Below, in pieces: positions 11,720 to 25,342 of a stretch of DNA of 64,000 nucleotides. Position 1 is the stretch's first letter, and each line of letters begins with the position of its first letter. The DNA is taken from contig OZ024740.1 of the NCBI GenBank assembly GCA_964016885.1, forward strand, positions 5,766,001-5,830,000. The letters run 5' to 3'. Position numbers and translations under genes: made by a program. The notes under the pieces are model-generated. The model saw only the letters and a program-made list of their open reading frames with translations. It was not told the DNA's origin and made no database searches. This DNA comes from Eledone cirrhosa. Lineage: Eukaryota.

Positions 11720-14040
11720 TAATATTGTTATACTTTGGGAGGGTCATGTTGCCAATAAGAAACACACGCACCAGTTGCTTTCACTTCAATTTATTATAAT
11801 AAATTTATAAATTTAAGAATTTATAAATTTCCCGTTCGTTGGTTGGTTGGTTCCACAACCAGATGGTTGTTTATATATTGTCAAAGTTCTTTCTTCACAC
11901 ATTCTGTGACCTCTTCAGTGACTGGGGATTCTTTTCTTTGTTTTTGTGCCTCTCCTTTGTTCTGTCCTACGCCATCTTGTTTTTGTGTGTGTGTTGTGTG
12001 CTTAGTTTGCGCCTGTTACATCCGGGTGTCTGTGTGTGTTTATATTTGTTTATTTACATGTTACTGGTTGGTTGTTTGTTCTATGTGCGTGTGTGTTTTC
12101 ATTTTGTCCTTAATTGTAAGTTGTGATGTTGCTGTTCCATTCATTTTTTCTATTTAATTTTGGTTGGAGATCATTTATATTTATTGCCTCTGTAATTTGT
12201 ATAAACATTGCGTCTTTTCTGTGTGTAGATTCTATTTTTATTTCTATGTTCTCTAATTTACCCTTATGTTCTATTTTAGCATGTTGGTAGAGTACAGATG
12301 ATTCTTTACTATCTTGAAGGTCTCGCCAGTGTTCATTTATCTGTTCCCCTATACTACGAGCTGTCTCACCTATGTACACTATATTCTTATCTCTACATTG
12401 TCCCTCAGTACATCTTATGCTATATACTACATTTCTAGTTTTACAGTTAATATGGAGGCTTAATTTACAGATTATACATTTCTTATCTATACAGGGAGGT
12501 CTTTGAAAAGGGTATGTATTGCTAATAAGTGTTTTTATGGAGGTACCTGGTCTTTCTACTATCTTAATATTGAGTTTATGTTTATCTAGGGCCCTTCTAA
12601 ATTTGTAAGCTAATTCACCTCTAGGGGTTGTATCGATGAACATTACACTCTGGTATTTATTGCTATCATACCGTGAGTTTAATCTATTAACCTTATTCCT
12701 AGTTCTTTCTATTCTATTCCAAAATTTGCTCCTATACTAGGGGCAGGTCCCATTTGTGTTATTATTTACCATTTTTTCCCATTTGGTTCTGGCTCCTCTA
12801 TATACTCTGATTTTATCTCTCTGATTGTAACCAGAGAACTGCATACGGTGGATGAAGTGTTGTATGTGTCTCTCTAGTTCTTTGGGGTTGCACATGCGGG
12901 ACACGTTTCTCATCACCCGTACCAAATCCGCAATCAGTATGTTGATTTTGGTATGGTCCGAAACAGCTGAGTTTCGGTGGATCAGATATTTGGAAGTCAT
13001 GGGTTTGGCATAATGGGAATGGAGGATTTGTTTTTTGTTATTAATGGTATCTAACCAGAGCTCTGTGTCTAGTACAGGTAATCGATGGTTGGGGTGTTTG
13101 CTTGGGTAGTCTATAGTAACTCTAATAATCTGGTGGATGGAGTTAGCTATTTGCTGGATGCTTTCCATGGTGTTTTTCTCTAATTCCTGACTGTTCTCTA
13201 GTGGGGGTGTTTTTACTACGATGTTTATATCATCAATGTAGCGGGAGTACATTATCAGGGTTAAGGGGTTTCTGTCTTCTAATTGTTCTTTAAGTTTAAG
13301 TTTAAGTCTATTATCCCACCATACCATGAATAGGTTAGCTATGTCACCTGCAATGCTAACACCAATGGCTGCTCCCTCCTCTTGGGCATATGTTTTTCCA
13401 TTAAATTTGAACATATGTTCCTTAAGGGTTAATTTTATGCTGGCCCCCACCGCATGTGCAATCATTTTCTTTAGTTCATCGTGGTTTTCAGGGGTCCGTA
13501 TGGCTCTGGTCCACCCGTTCCATCTATCTGTGTGGGTTTTCTTGGCCATTGAGGTAATGGTAGGTGGTCTGCCTCTTGCTGGTCTTGTAGGGCACAGGTT
13601 GCTAAGGCCATATGTATCTAGATAATCATTACTATAGGTAAGTTTAAGTAGGAGTCCCAGCTCACTGGTATCAATCCCACGGAATTCAACATTGCTCTCA
13701 CTGATCATTTCTACACATTTCTCCACAGCAAAATCCACGTCAATAGATGGATACAGGGACACAACATCCATACTACCTATTATGCAGTTTGTTAGGTCCC
13801 TAGATCGGTTACTCTCGCCGATTCTGCTGAGGAGGTCCTCCGTGCTGTCACATATATCTGGGGACATTTCAATGATGGGGCGTATGATCAGGGAGAGGAA
13901 GTAGGAAAGTCTGTAGTTACTAGCAATGTTAGCTCCACAGACTGGCCGTGTTGGTGTTCCTGTGACAGGGTCACTTCTCGTTTTATGGTCTTTTCGAAGC
14001 CCATACACAGTCTGTGGAGCTAACATTGCTAGTAACTACA
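11720..14040 (-). mobile_element. Penelope-like element (Neptune-like), 5'-truncated: RT + Cys linker + GIY-YIG
   Basis: ORF 12737-14026 has SMDVVSLYPSI, QEEGAAIG, RYIDDI, LPVLD. It is in frame, across one TAG, with 12110-12643: CIDKKCIIC...C, NVVYSIRC, YIGETARS, NEH, LNRKNE. Confidence 0.9.
11880..11922 (-). ncRNA. Minimal type I hammerhead in the 3' pLTR of the Neptune-like element
   Basis: Minus strand: GTCA-CTGAAGA-GGTCACA GAA TGTGTGAA-GAAAG AA CTT-TGAC. Stem I GTCA/TGAC. Confidence 0.6.
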
Positions 14041-14109
14041 GACTTAACTACTCCTACTTAAACTTAACTACTCCTACTTAAACTTACCTATAGTAATATA
14101 TATAGATAT

Positions 14110-17100
14110 GTTTCTTTATTAGCCACAGGGGCACAAAAGAAGGGGACAAATACAAAGGGGGAAGTTTACATACAATAAAAACGTGTAAAATGTTTTCACA
14201 AATGCAATTTAAAAAGTTAGTCGATTTTCCCCAATAGGGGAGACAGTTTATATGGGTAACACATACCCCCGAGAAAATGTGCAACCCTCATCTCCAGGAG
14301 TACGAAGAGTTTGTACTCCTTTCCTCTCCTCCTCCTTTTCCTCAACCTACAGGCTGATATAGAGAGAAGGCCCATTCACTCGGGCCATTCTCGCCAATTT
14401 CACCCACCTTTCATAAAACTTGCTGGGGTACAGCACCTCTCTCTCCATCCTGATTATTCTTCCAAAGTGGTATTTGAAAAAAAGAATCAGTTGTTGGCCG
14501 GAGAGAAAGGTGTCTGACCTCAGCCCTGTCAACCTTCTCCACCATACAACCTCTTTCGTCATAGCTATCACAAAAAGGAAAACCGCCTCTCCTTCGTTTT
14601 TGAAGGAGGGTGGCGGTTTGATCATGACAATGGACTCGGTGGTCAACCGGATTGGTCCCACCCGCGACAATAGTCGTTCTACATAGCCCCACAGGTCAGT
14701 GACGCCCGGGCAGTGTATGAATGCGTGCGCGACGGTTTCTTCGTCTCGCACACACCTCGGACAGATCTTTTTTGCAGGGTCCCTGCCCCGGCGCCCATGT
14801 CTGTAGAGTTTGTCTCGAACTGGTAGAGCTCCTCAGTAGCACTGCCAGGCCAGGGACTTTTAGAAGCTGTCCATCGGTCCCGGGCGGAAGGTCCTACCGA
14901 ACAGATTGGCCAGTTCATCTTCCTCTACGCCTAGAGTTTCACTGAGCGCGTCGTCGCACTTGCTGCGGATCAACCCTCTATAGAATGATGAAGTGGAGTC
15001 TCCACTGATCGCCGGGTCCGCCTGCGAGAGGGCTCTGAGCGCCTCAGCACATTCGATGTGCCAGTCGCCCATTTTCCTCGGTCTTTGCTTGACCCAGGAC
15101 TGCGGCTCGGTCAGCGAGACGAGTCGTGGGAAGGCTCGCCTCACGAACGGGGCCCACACCGGTTGTCCAGTGAGGAATACGTAGAGATGCCGCAGCTTGA
15201 GCGCGTGTTTGCGCATCGTCAACCACGGCATCCCCAGCCCTCCGTTAGAAGGGTGTTGGCAGCAGATGGATCTTCTCACCAAAGGAGCCCGCCTCTTCCA
15301 AAGGAATTGGAAGAGCGTGCGCTCCATTTTGGCGAGCGTTTTGGCTGGACAAGGCACGACGCTCAAGCGGTAGTAGATGGCGGACGCTATAAAAGTGTTC
15401 GCCACCTCCGCTCGACCTTTCAAGGATAGTTTGCACTCGGCCCACTTCTGGGTGAGTGCAAACACCTTGGCTGTCACTTCGTTCCAGTTCTTCTCCACCT
15501 GGAGGTCCGGACAAAACCAGACCCCGAGCAGCTTTACCGGTCCTTCCGTCCAGCGTCCGACGACGCCATCGGAAGGCATCGGTTTGCCTCTCCACGATCC
15601 GAGTTGCAAACCGATGGACTTGTCCCGGTTCAGCTTCGCTCCTGTGAAACTTTCGTATTCCTTCAGTAAGGTGCCGACTTCCTCGATTTTCGAGGTGCTC
15701 GACACCATTACTGTTACGTCGTCGGCGTAGGCCGACGCCGCTTTCCGCAGTCCCGGTTCCAGAGGGATGCCCTGCAATAGCTCCAACTTCCGCAGTAGTG
15801 GCTCGAGAGTCAGTACGTACAGAAGGGAGGAGAGAGGGCATCCCTGTCGAATGGATCGCGTAATATGGAACGGCTCCGAGAGGTAGCCGTTCACCTTGAC
15901 CCTTGAGCAGATGTTGCTGTTGTGCATTGCAGGAATCCAGCCCCTGAACACGGGTCTGAAGCCTGTCACCTCGAGCACCTCGAGCCTTAGACTGATCCAA
16001 GTTGATCAGGGCCCCACCGAAGCCGGGTTTACACCCTACCCTCTCTATGATGTATCGCATGAGGTGGAGGTTGTCGTGTATGGACCTGGTCGGGATTGCG
16101 CATGTCTGCGCTTCTCCCACCAGGTTCTCGACGACAAGCGCCAGCCTCTTTGCCAACACCTTGGCCAAAATCTGTAACTCTGTGTTTAGCAGAGTTATGG
16201 GCCGGAAGTTGCCTATGTCATCGCCCTTATTCTCGTCCTTCCTGATTAGTGTGACTACGCCCCCGGTTACAGAACTGGGAATTCTCCCGTTCTGTTGCCA
16301 GTTGCAGTAGATCGCTTCCAGGAGACCGGAGAATAAGTCCGGCATTTCTACGTAAAATTCGTAGGGTAGACCGTCGAGACCTGGAGATTTGCGTTTGCCG
16401 CATTGGCTCAGCGCGTCCCCTATCTCAGCGGCTGAAATCGGCTTTTCGCAGAACTTTGCCTCGCTGTCCGAGAGTCGCGGTAGGCCGTCGAGGTATGGAC
16501 CGAAATCCATAGCCCCTCCCGGCGCGCCGCCCCGCCAGAACAGTTGAGCAAAGTGCCGCTGAAAGGCCGCACACATCTGCTTCGGCTCACGTATCACGCG
16601 TCCGTTTTCGTCCTTCAAAGCCCGAATCGTGGACTTGTTGCCACTTTTTGCCTCCGTCACTCGGGCCCAGCTAACAGCTTTGGCTCCCTCGTTTCCCAGA
16701 GCACGTATTTTGCTTCTGACAACGCAGCCCTCGTGCTTTGCGTCGAAGAACTGGTCCAAGGCCGTTCTCGTTGCTGGCACGCTGGCTACGTTGCCACTTC
16801 TAATTGCCTCTTCTACTTTATCTACCAGTTCCTTCTAGGTTCTATTTCTATCTAACGCTAATTCTTTACTAAAAACTAACGAGTCTAATTTAACTGCCCT
16901 CTTGAGAGAGTACCACCATCTGTTGTTGACAATGGCCCCTGTCAAGTGCTGTTTAACTAAAGTGCTAATCCGTCTACTGTAGGCTTTGCTTGTCGGTAAC
17001 GACAAGTTCAGCTTCCAGTAGCCGGGTCCTTGTCTATGGGTTCTATCAAGGTTGGCCATGCAGGTCACTAATTTATGATCTGAATAGGCAACCATGAACA

Positions 17101-18412
17101 TTTGTGGACAGCTTAACATGTCCCTATCCTTATTTCTAACTAGAACCCTATCTAGGTACGATCTAGATGTTCCACTACGATTACTCCACGTCCACAGTGG
17201 CACAGTCGGAAAATCTAGTCGATATCTATTGGCCAGGTCAAATCGGTCGATTAACTGTTTGAGGTTGTTACACATAGCCCAACGTGCATCTAGGATTCCA
17301 TTCCAGTCCCCCACTAAAAGCAAGGAGCGGGTCGTTCCCAGAAAAGTCTCTAGACGTTTGAAGAAGTCTGGCCGCGGTGTCCCGGATGGGGCATATGCGG
17401 CCACCAGCCTGAAGGCTCCACCTTCACTACCGTCAACGTCTAGGACCACCAGTCGACCCTCCGGGTCCAGATGTACCGTCTGTGTTACGAGGCCCAGGTG
17501 TTTCCGCAGCAAAACGGCAACTCCGCCCCCACCCCTCGGTTGACAGAGAGATGCGTAGATCTCAAAGTCATCGAAGATGGGGCCAGCTGTCGCTCGCTGT
17601 GGATCCTGGACTCGCAAATGGCTACCACATCCATACTGTGCGACCTGAGGTTGTTTAAGAGTTTGCCCTGTTTCCAGGGCATCCCCAGGCTGCGTACGTT
17701 CACACATCCAACTCTTATATTGGCCATGTTAGTGCTGAAAAGTTAAAAGAGGAAAAGAAATCACTCACCCTTCGTCTCCTGGGGACCAGGCTGCACGATT
17801 TCCATGGGGGTGTTGGAGGAGTTGTCTGGATGGGTGGTTGTTTCCGGCGGGGTGGGGACGGAGATGTTTGGTGGGGTGGGGTCTGGTGGGATGGGGGTGT
17901 CTGGAGTGGGGAGACATTTGAGAAGGACGCGGTTAAGTGGTTTCACGCAGGAATTCCCCTCATCCTTCTCAAATGTTTCTTTTAGGGACCTACAAGTTTG
18001 TATAGGGACCCTAATCAGTTTTAGGTTCAGTTTTTTGTAATTTTTAATAGAGTGGGCGAAAGTTTTCCCTTCGGTGAAAACCGAAGGGTCGTTCGTGATG
18101 GTCTCCATTAGTATTTTGTTTTCAGTGTTTATGTAAGTGTAAGTGCAATTTTCTTGTGTTGTGTTTGTTTTTGTCTGTAGTTCTTGTGTGTGCTTTCGTT
18201 TTGTTGTAGGTATTTTGTTTTCAGGAGGTGGGGGTTTTGTTTGTGATGTTTTTGTTGTTTGTGTTGGTGGTTGTATGTTTGTGGTAGTGTTTGCTGGTTT
18301 TTTGCTTTTGTGATGTCTTTTCTTTCTTTTCGAGCGATGGGGTTCTCCCTCGTCTTCACTGGTGATGGCGAGATAGCCTCATCTGTTGTATCGTCTGTGT
18401 GATTGGGGAGGG
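14110..18412 (-). mobile_element. Tx1/L1-type LINE copy A (ORF1 remnant + frameshifted APE-RT ORF2)
   Basis: ORF2 starts at 17727 (MANIRVGCVNVRSL); APE motifs GDWN, YLDRVL, SDH; RT motifs SPGLDGLPYEFY, FRPITLLN, RQGCPLS, AYADD; C-terminal C..C...ETVAHAFIHC; stop at 14347; AATAAA near 14115. Confidence 0.92.
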
Positions 18413-18433
18413 GTAGATAAATAGATAGTTAGA

Positions 18434-20780
18434 TTTCTTTATTTTTCACAAAGGCGCACAAGAAATGGGACATTACAGGACGTCTGGCAGGGATTTTACA
18501 TTTAAGTGTGTAAAAATAAGTTTTAACAGTAATAAAATAGTAAATAACAATTGAAATCCCCAATAGGGGGTGGGGGACGTTACAAATGGATTGTTTTACA
18601 CCTCATAGATAAAACAACCCTCAAATCTGGGAGCATGTTTTGTAAGTGCTCCTGTCTTCTCTCTTTTGTCTTCTTCAACCTACAGATTTATATACAGAGA
18701 AGGCCCAACCACTCGGGCGGGCCATTTTGGCCACATTCACCCACCTTTCAGTGAATTTACTGGGGTGTAGTACCTCTCTCTCCACTCTTATTTACCTTCT
18801 GAAGTGGAAGTGGAATGAGTTGTTGTCCGGAGAGGAAGGTGTCTGTCCCCAGTCCTTTTAATCTCGTCCACCATATTACCTCTTTTGCCATAGCCACCAG
18901 ACAGAGGAAAGCCACCTCTCCTTTGTTCTTAAATGAAGGCGGTGACGTGATCCTCATGATGAACTCGGCTGACAAACGGATGTGTCCCACACGTGACAGT
19001 AGCTATTTGACATAGTTCCACAGGTAGGTCACCCCTGGGCACTACAATTGCATGCAAAGTGGTTTCAATCCTTTTGGCAGGATCCCTGCCAAGGTGTCCA
19101 TGCCTGTGGATCTTGTCTCAAACTGGTAGAGCTTCTCGGTAGCACTGCCAGGCCAGAGACCTCTGGAAATTATTCATAAGACCTGGACGGAAATTCCTCC
19201 CGAACAGACTGGCCAGTTCGTCCTCTTCAACGCCCAGAGTTTTCCTGAGAATGTTGTTGCACTTATCCTCCACTAACCCTCTATAAAATGTTGACGTGCA
19301 GTTCCCGTTGATTGCTGTGTCCACCTGATAGAGGACTGTGAGCGCCTGATCAAATTCAAGGTGCCAAGCGCTCATTTCGGTCTTCCCTCGACCCAGGACT
19401 GCAGCTCCGTTAGTGAGACGAGTTGCGGAAAAGCTTGTCTCACAAATGATGACCGCAACGGTTCACTAGTCAGGAATACCTGGAGATAGTGTAGCATCAG
19501 CTATTGCATGCCCAGCCCTCTGCTGGAAGGGTGTTGGCAGCAGATGGATCTCCTCACCAATGGAACCTGTTTCTTCCAAAGGATCTTGAAGAGTAGACGT
19601 TCCATTTTGGCGAAGTGATCACAGGGACAAGGCATGACTGTCAAATGGTGGTAGATGATGGACGCTATGTAAGTGTTTGCCACCTCTGCTCAACCTTTTA
19701 AGGAGATTTTGCATTTGGCCCACTTCTGGGTAAACGCAAATACCTTAGCCATGACCTCATTCTAGTTTTTCTCCACTTCGAAGTCTGGACCGACCAGACC
19801 CTGAGCAATTTCACCGGTCCTTCTGTCCAGAGTCCAATGATGCTGTTGGATGGCATCGATTTACCTCTCCACGTGCCGAGCTGCAAACCTAGAGCATTTC
19901 ATATTCCTGTAGTAAGTTGCCAATCACCCCAATTTCCGAGGTCTTCGACACCATTACGTTCAGGTAATCAGCATAGCCCGACACTGCTTTTCACAGTCCT
20001 GGTTCCAACAGGATGCCTTGCAACAGCTCCAACTTCCGCAGTAGTGGCTCCAGAGTCGGTACATACAGAATGGATGAGAAAGGGCATGCTTGGCGGATGG
20101 AATGTGTGATTTGGAATGGCTTCGATAGGTAGCCATTCACCTTGACTGCCGGGTAGATGCTGGTGTGCATGGCAGCAATCCAGCCTCTGAAGACAGGTCC
20201 GAAATCGGCCGCCTTGAGAACCGCTTTCAAGTATTGATGGTCGACCATATTGAATGCCTTAGATTGATGTAATTTAATCAGAGCCCCACAGAAGCCAGGT
20301 TTACACCCTACCCTCTCTATGATGTATCGCATGAGGAGGAGGTTGTCATGTATGGACATGGTCAGGATTGCTTCTCCCCACCAGGCTCTCGATGACAAGA
20401 ACCAGCCTCATTGCTAACACCATGCTAATACCATGGCCAAAATCTTCAACTCTGAGTTGAGCAGAGTTATGGGCCAGAAATTGCTTATGTTATCCCCTTT
20501 GTTTCCATCTTTCCTGATCAGCGTTGCTACACCTCATCTTACAGAACTGGGAATTCTCCCGTTCTGCTGCCAATTGCAGTAGACCACTTTGAGGACATCA
20601 GAGAATACATCTGGCATGCCTATGTAAAACTCATAGGGTAGACCATCTAGACTGGGTGATTTACGCTTCCCACAGTGGCATAGGGCGTCTTGTATTTCAA
20701 CAGCTGTGATTGGCCTTTCACAGATCTCTGCATCCGTGTTTGAGAGTTGCTGTAGGGACTGATGTCTGTCACCCTGTCTG
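18434..20780 (-). mobile_element. Tx1/L1-type LINE copy B (decayed RT to 3' end)
   Basis: Fragment ORFs 18757-20968 are homologous to copy A; the 3' end AATAAAGAAATCTAACTATCTA is at about 18420-18445. Confidence 0.88.
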
Positions 20781-23700
20781 ACACACCATTCAATGAGCCA
20801 GGCGCCCATTTTCTTTGGTCTTCGCTTGACCCAGGACTGCAGCTCTGTCAGCGAGACAAGTTGTGGGAAGGCCTGTTTCACAAACGGTGCCCACACCGGT
20901 TGGTCGGTGAGGAATACCTGGAGATGCCGTAGCCTCAGTACATGTTTGCGTATAATTAGCCACGGCATGCCCAGCTCTCCGTTGGAAGGGTGTTAACAGC
21001 AGACGGATCTCCTCACCAGTGGAGCCTGCTTCTTCCTCAGGAACTGGAAGAGCATGCCTTCCATCTTGGTGAGGTATTCACGGGGACAAGGCATGACAGT
21101 CAAGCGGTAGTAGATGATGGACACTATGAAAGTGTTCGCTACCTCCGCTCAACCTTTCAAAGATAGTTTGCACTCTGCCCACTTCTGGGTGAGCGCAAAT
21201 ACCTTGGCCATGACCTCGTTCCAGTTTTTCTCTACCTGGAGGTCGGGACCGAACCAGACCCCGAGCAATTTCACCGGTCCTTCTGTCTAGCGTCCGACGA
21301 CGCTGTCGGATGGCATCGGTTTGCCTCTCCTCGTTCCGAGTTGCAAACCGACAGACTTGTCCGGGTTCAGTTTTGCTCCTGTGAACCTTTTGTATTCCTG
21401 TAGTAGGCTGCCGATTACCTCGATTTCCAAGGTTTTCGACACCATTACCGTCAGGTCGTCGGCATAAGCCGATGCCGCTTTTCGTAGTCCCGGTTCTAAA
21501 GGGATGCCCTGCAAAAGCTCCATCTTCCGCAGTAGTGGCTCTCTTCCGCAGTAGTGGCTCTAGAGTCAATACGTACAGAATGGAGGAGAGAGGGCATCCC
21601 TGTCGAATGGAACGCGTGATTGCGAACGGCTCCGATAGGTAGCCGTTCAGCTTGACCTTTGAGCAGATGCTGGTGTGCATCGCCTTGATCCAGCCTCTCA
21701 AAATGGGACCGAAACCGGCCGCCTTTTCGACGACAAGCGCCAGCCTCGTTGCTAGCACCTTGGCCAAAATCTTTAACTCTGTGTTGAGCAGAGTTATGGG
21801 CCTGAAATTGTTTATTTCGTCCCCCTTGTTCTTGTCTTTCCTGATCAGCGTTACTACGCCCTTGCCTGCAGAACTAGGAATTGTCCCGTTCTGCTGCCAA
21901 TTGCAGCCGGGTGATTTGCGTTTCCCCCAGCAGCCCAGAGCATCCCGTATCTCAGTGGCTGTGATCGGTCTTTCGCAGAACTCGGCGTCCATGATCGAGA
22001 GACGCGGCAGGCCGTCGAGGTATGAACCAAAGTCCATTGCCTCGTTCGGTGCACCGTCGTTCTGCTCAAACAGTCGCGCAAAGTGCCACTGAAAGGCCGC
22101 GCACATCTGCCTGGGGTCAAGCAGCACGCGTCCGTTTTAATCTTTCAAAGACCGAATCGTGGACTTGTTGCCATTTTTCGCTTCCGCCACTCAGGCCCAG
22201 TTAACAGCTTTTGCTCCCTCGTTTCCTAGAGCACGTGATTTACTTCTGACCACGAAGCTTTCGTGTTTCGCGTCGAAGAACTGGTCCAGTGCCGTTCTTG
22301 ATTCTAGCACTCTAGCTGCGTTGCCACTCCTAAGCGCCTCTTCTGCCTTGGCTACTAGTTCTGTTTCTGATTTGTTTTTCTCTAAAGCTAATTCTCTGCT
22401 AAACCCTATCAATTCTACTCTAATTTCTCTCTTGAGAGAGTACCACCATCTATTGTTGACGATGGCTCCCATCAACTCTTGCTTAACTAATCTACTTATC
22501 CGTTCACTGTCGGCTTTTTGTGCCGGCAACGTCACGTTCAGCTTCCAGTATGCGGGTCCTTGTCTATGTATTCTATCACTGTTGACTATGCAGATGACTA
22601 GTTTGTGATCTGAATAGGCAACAATGTGCATTTGTGGACAGCTTAACATCTCCTTGTCCTCTCTCTAATGAAAAACCTATCTAAATACAATCTAGATGTC
22701 CCGCTGCGGTTTGCCCACGTCCACTGTGGTGCAGTCGGGAAATCTAGTCAATACCTATCGACCAGTTGGAATTGGCCGATTAGGTTTTTGAGGCTTTTGC
22801 ATCCCCTCTACTGGGACATGCTTCCACATAGTCCCATCGTGCATCTAGGATACGATTCCAGTCCCCCACTAAAAGCAAGGAGCAAGACATTCCCAGAAAA
22901 GACTCCAGGCACTTTAAGAAGTCTGGCCGCGATTGCGATTGCCCGGTCGGGGCATAAACGGCCACCAGTCTGAAGGCTCCACCTCCAATACTGTTCACAT
23001 CTCCGGGTCCAAATGTACTTGCTGTACTTCGAGATCCAGGTTTTTCCGAAACATGACAGTCACTCCCCCTCCACCTCCCGGCTGTCAGAGAGATGCGTAG
23101 ATCTCAAAGTCATTGAAGATGGGGGTTAGTTGCTGCCTGTTGTGTATCCTGGACTCGGTGATGGCTATTACATCTATACCGTGTGACTTAAGGTCGTTTA
23201 AAAGTTGGCTCTGTTTCCAGGGCATCCCTAGGCCACGCACATTCACGCTTCCAACTCGTAAGTCAGCCACGTTGGTGGAGAAGAGTTGGCAAAAAGGACG
23301 AAAAGGTGCACTTACCTTTACGTTTCCTGGAGATCGGGTTGTTCAATCTCCATTTCAGTTCTGGTGCGCGTCTTGAGTGGGGTGGGGAAACATTTCAACA
23401 GGACACGGTTTATTGGTTTTTGGCAGGGGTTGCCAATGTCCTGTGAAAACTGTTCTTTTAACTTCTGATAAGTTTCTATCGAAACCCTTATCAGTTATAA
23501 GTGTGGTTGAGAGTCTGCTTTGACAAAAGTTTTCCCCTCAGTTTCCACTTTGGGGTCCTGTGAGATGACCTCTATCAAATTTTTGTTGTTGGTGTTGATG
23601 TATGTATATTGTTGTTTTTGTTTTGGTTGTGTTGTTTTAGTTTGTTGTTCGTCTGTGAGTTTTCTTTTTTGTGTTTGGGGTGGTGTTAGTGTTTGTTTTG

Positions 23701-25309
23701 TTGGTAGGGGAGGTTTGGTTGCGGTGTTGTTTGTGTTGTTGTTTGTGTTGTTGTTTGTGTCTGTGGTTGTGTGTTGGTGATTGGAGTTTTGGGGGTTTTG
23801 TGGTGTCTCTTTTTTTGTTTTTTGGATTTCCGAGGCTCTTCTTCTTCACTTAAAGAAGGAGAAGCAGCCTCATCTGTTGATGAATAATCATCATCATGAG
23901 TGTGGGGTAGGGGTATGTTGTGTGATGATGGTGTTTTGGGTGTGTGTGTTTGTGGTAGTGTTGGATTGAGTGGGGTGGGGTGGGGCTGTGTTCTTCAGGG
24001 GTGCTGTCTGTGTTTTTCTGTTGTTTGTGGTTGAGTGGTTGTTTGTTTGGGTGTGTTTGCTTGTTTTGTGTGTTGTTGTTGTTGTTGTGGTCGTGGTGAT
24101 TGTTTTGGTGTTGGCAAAAGTACTTTTTTTTTTTTAATTTGTTTGTAAAGGGCAGGAGGCTTTTAAGTGTGATGTGCTTGCACATCGAAAACAGTGTGGC
24201 CTCCCTCCTTCAGTTACAATGTTAATGTAGTTCTGGTTGTCGACCAGCCCTCTTTCGGGGATTTTGGAAATTCTTTCTGCTTTCATTTGTATCAGAATTT
24301 CAAAATTTGTCCCTGCCCACCTTTGTCTGGTTGACTTCCTGACCGAAAGAATTGTGTCATTTTCTGGCTCTATGAACCCTGCTAAGATCCACCAAATGTT
24401 GATGTTTGGTGGTTTGTTATTTATTTTAATTTTTTGTGTCCTTTTTCCCATGTAGGTAAAGGAAAAGGTGTGTGCGTTTGTAATGACGGGTGTAACAGAA
24501 TGCTTTTGTGCGAGGGCCTCGCTTTTAAAAAGTACCGAAATACTTCCATATAGTCTGGCCCTCTGCATAAAATCAATGTCCAACAGAACCTCTTTCAAGA
24601 TGGTTTCAATTTCCCCTTGACTGAGGAATACTGGCTTTTTTATTTTATTTGAAACAGTTCTGAAGGTTACCGTCCTTCGAACTGTTTCTCGTTTAATTTC
24701 CAAGGGTGAGTTTATTTGAAATCCACCCTTTTCAAATGTTATAAATTGTTTTGCATCAGACAACATCTGTTTTGAATTGATGATGTCCAACTCTTTATAT
24801 TCTGTTTTGTTTATTACACTCTGTGCGAACGTCGTTTTTTCAATGTTGTTGTTGTTGTCGGTTTTTTCGTGTGTAGTTGTCAATTGTTTCAATTTTTGCA
24901 TTTTCTGTATTTTTGGTGTCTGTTGTGGGCTGTTATTTTCATCTTTTGTTGTGCAAATATCCATTTCTTTACGAAACGAAGTTTTGTTGTTGTTTGTCTC
25001 CATAGATACTTCTATGGAAGTAGAGGGAGATATAACGCTTATATCTGCCTCTTTCCCTCACTTTTCGCTGTCAACGCTAGCTAGCGTTCTCTGTACGTCA
25101 CACATTGATACAGTCAAGGAAAATTTTCAAACTTCTCAATAATTTTCTTAATTAAACTTTCTAAATGTTCTAAACTAAGATTACCACCCAGCTGACAATT
25201 TCGCATGAGAGTTAATCTATCAAACAATATAATGTTTTACACAATAAATTTTGTTTTTGTATAGAAAATTTTACAAAAGCTTACCCACGATCTGACACGC
25301 GTTCACTCG
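20781..25309 (-). mobile_element. Tx1/L1-type LINE copy C with 5' UTR, ORF1 (CCHC knuckle) and decayed ORF2
   Basis: ORF 24134-25003 ends CFRCASTSHLKASC (gag-type knuckle). ORF2 starts at 23270 (MADLRVGSVNVRGLG); APE/RT motifs run to about 20790. Confidence 0.88.
24134..25003 (-). pseudogene. Tx1-type ORF1 protein (nucleic-acid binding, Zn knuckle), frameshifted at a poly-A run
   Basis: 289-aa ORF with CX2CX4HX4C, upstream of a low-complexity region and ORF2. Confidence 0.7.
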
Positions 25310-25342
25310 ATAGATAGATAGATAGATAGATAAATAGATATA

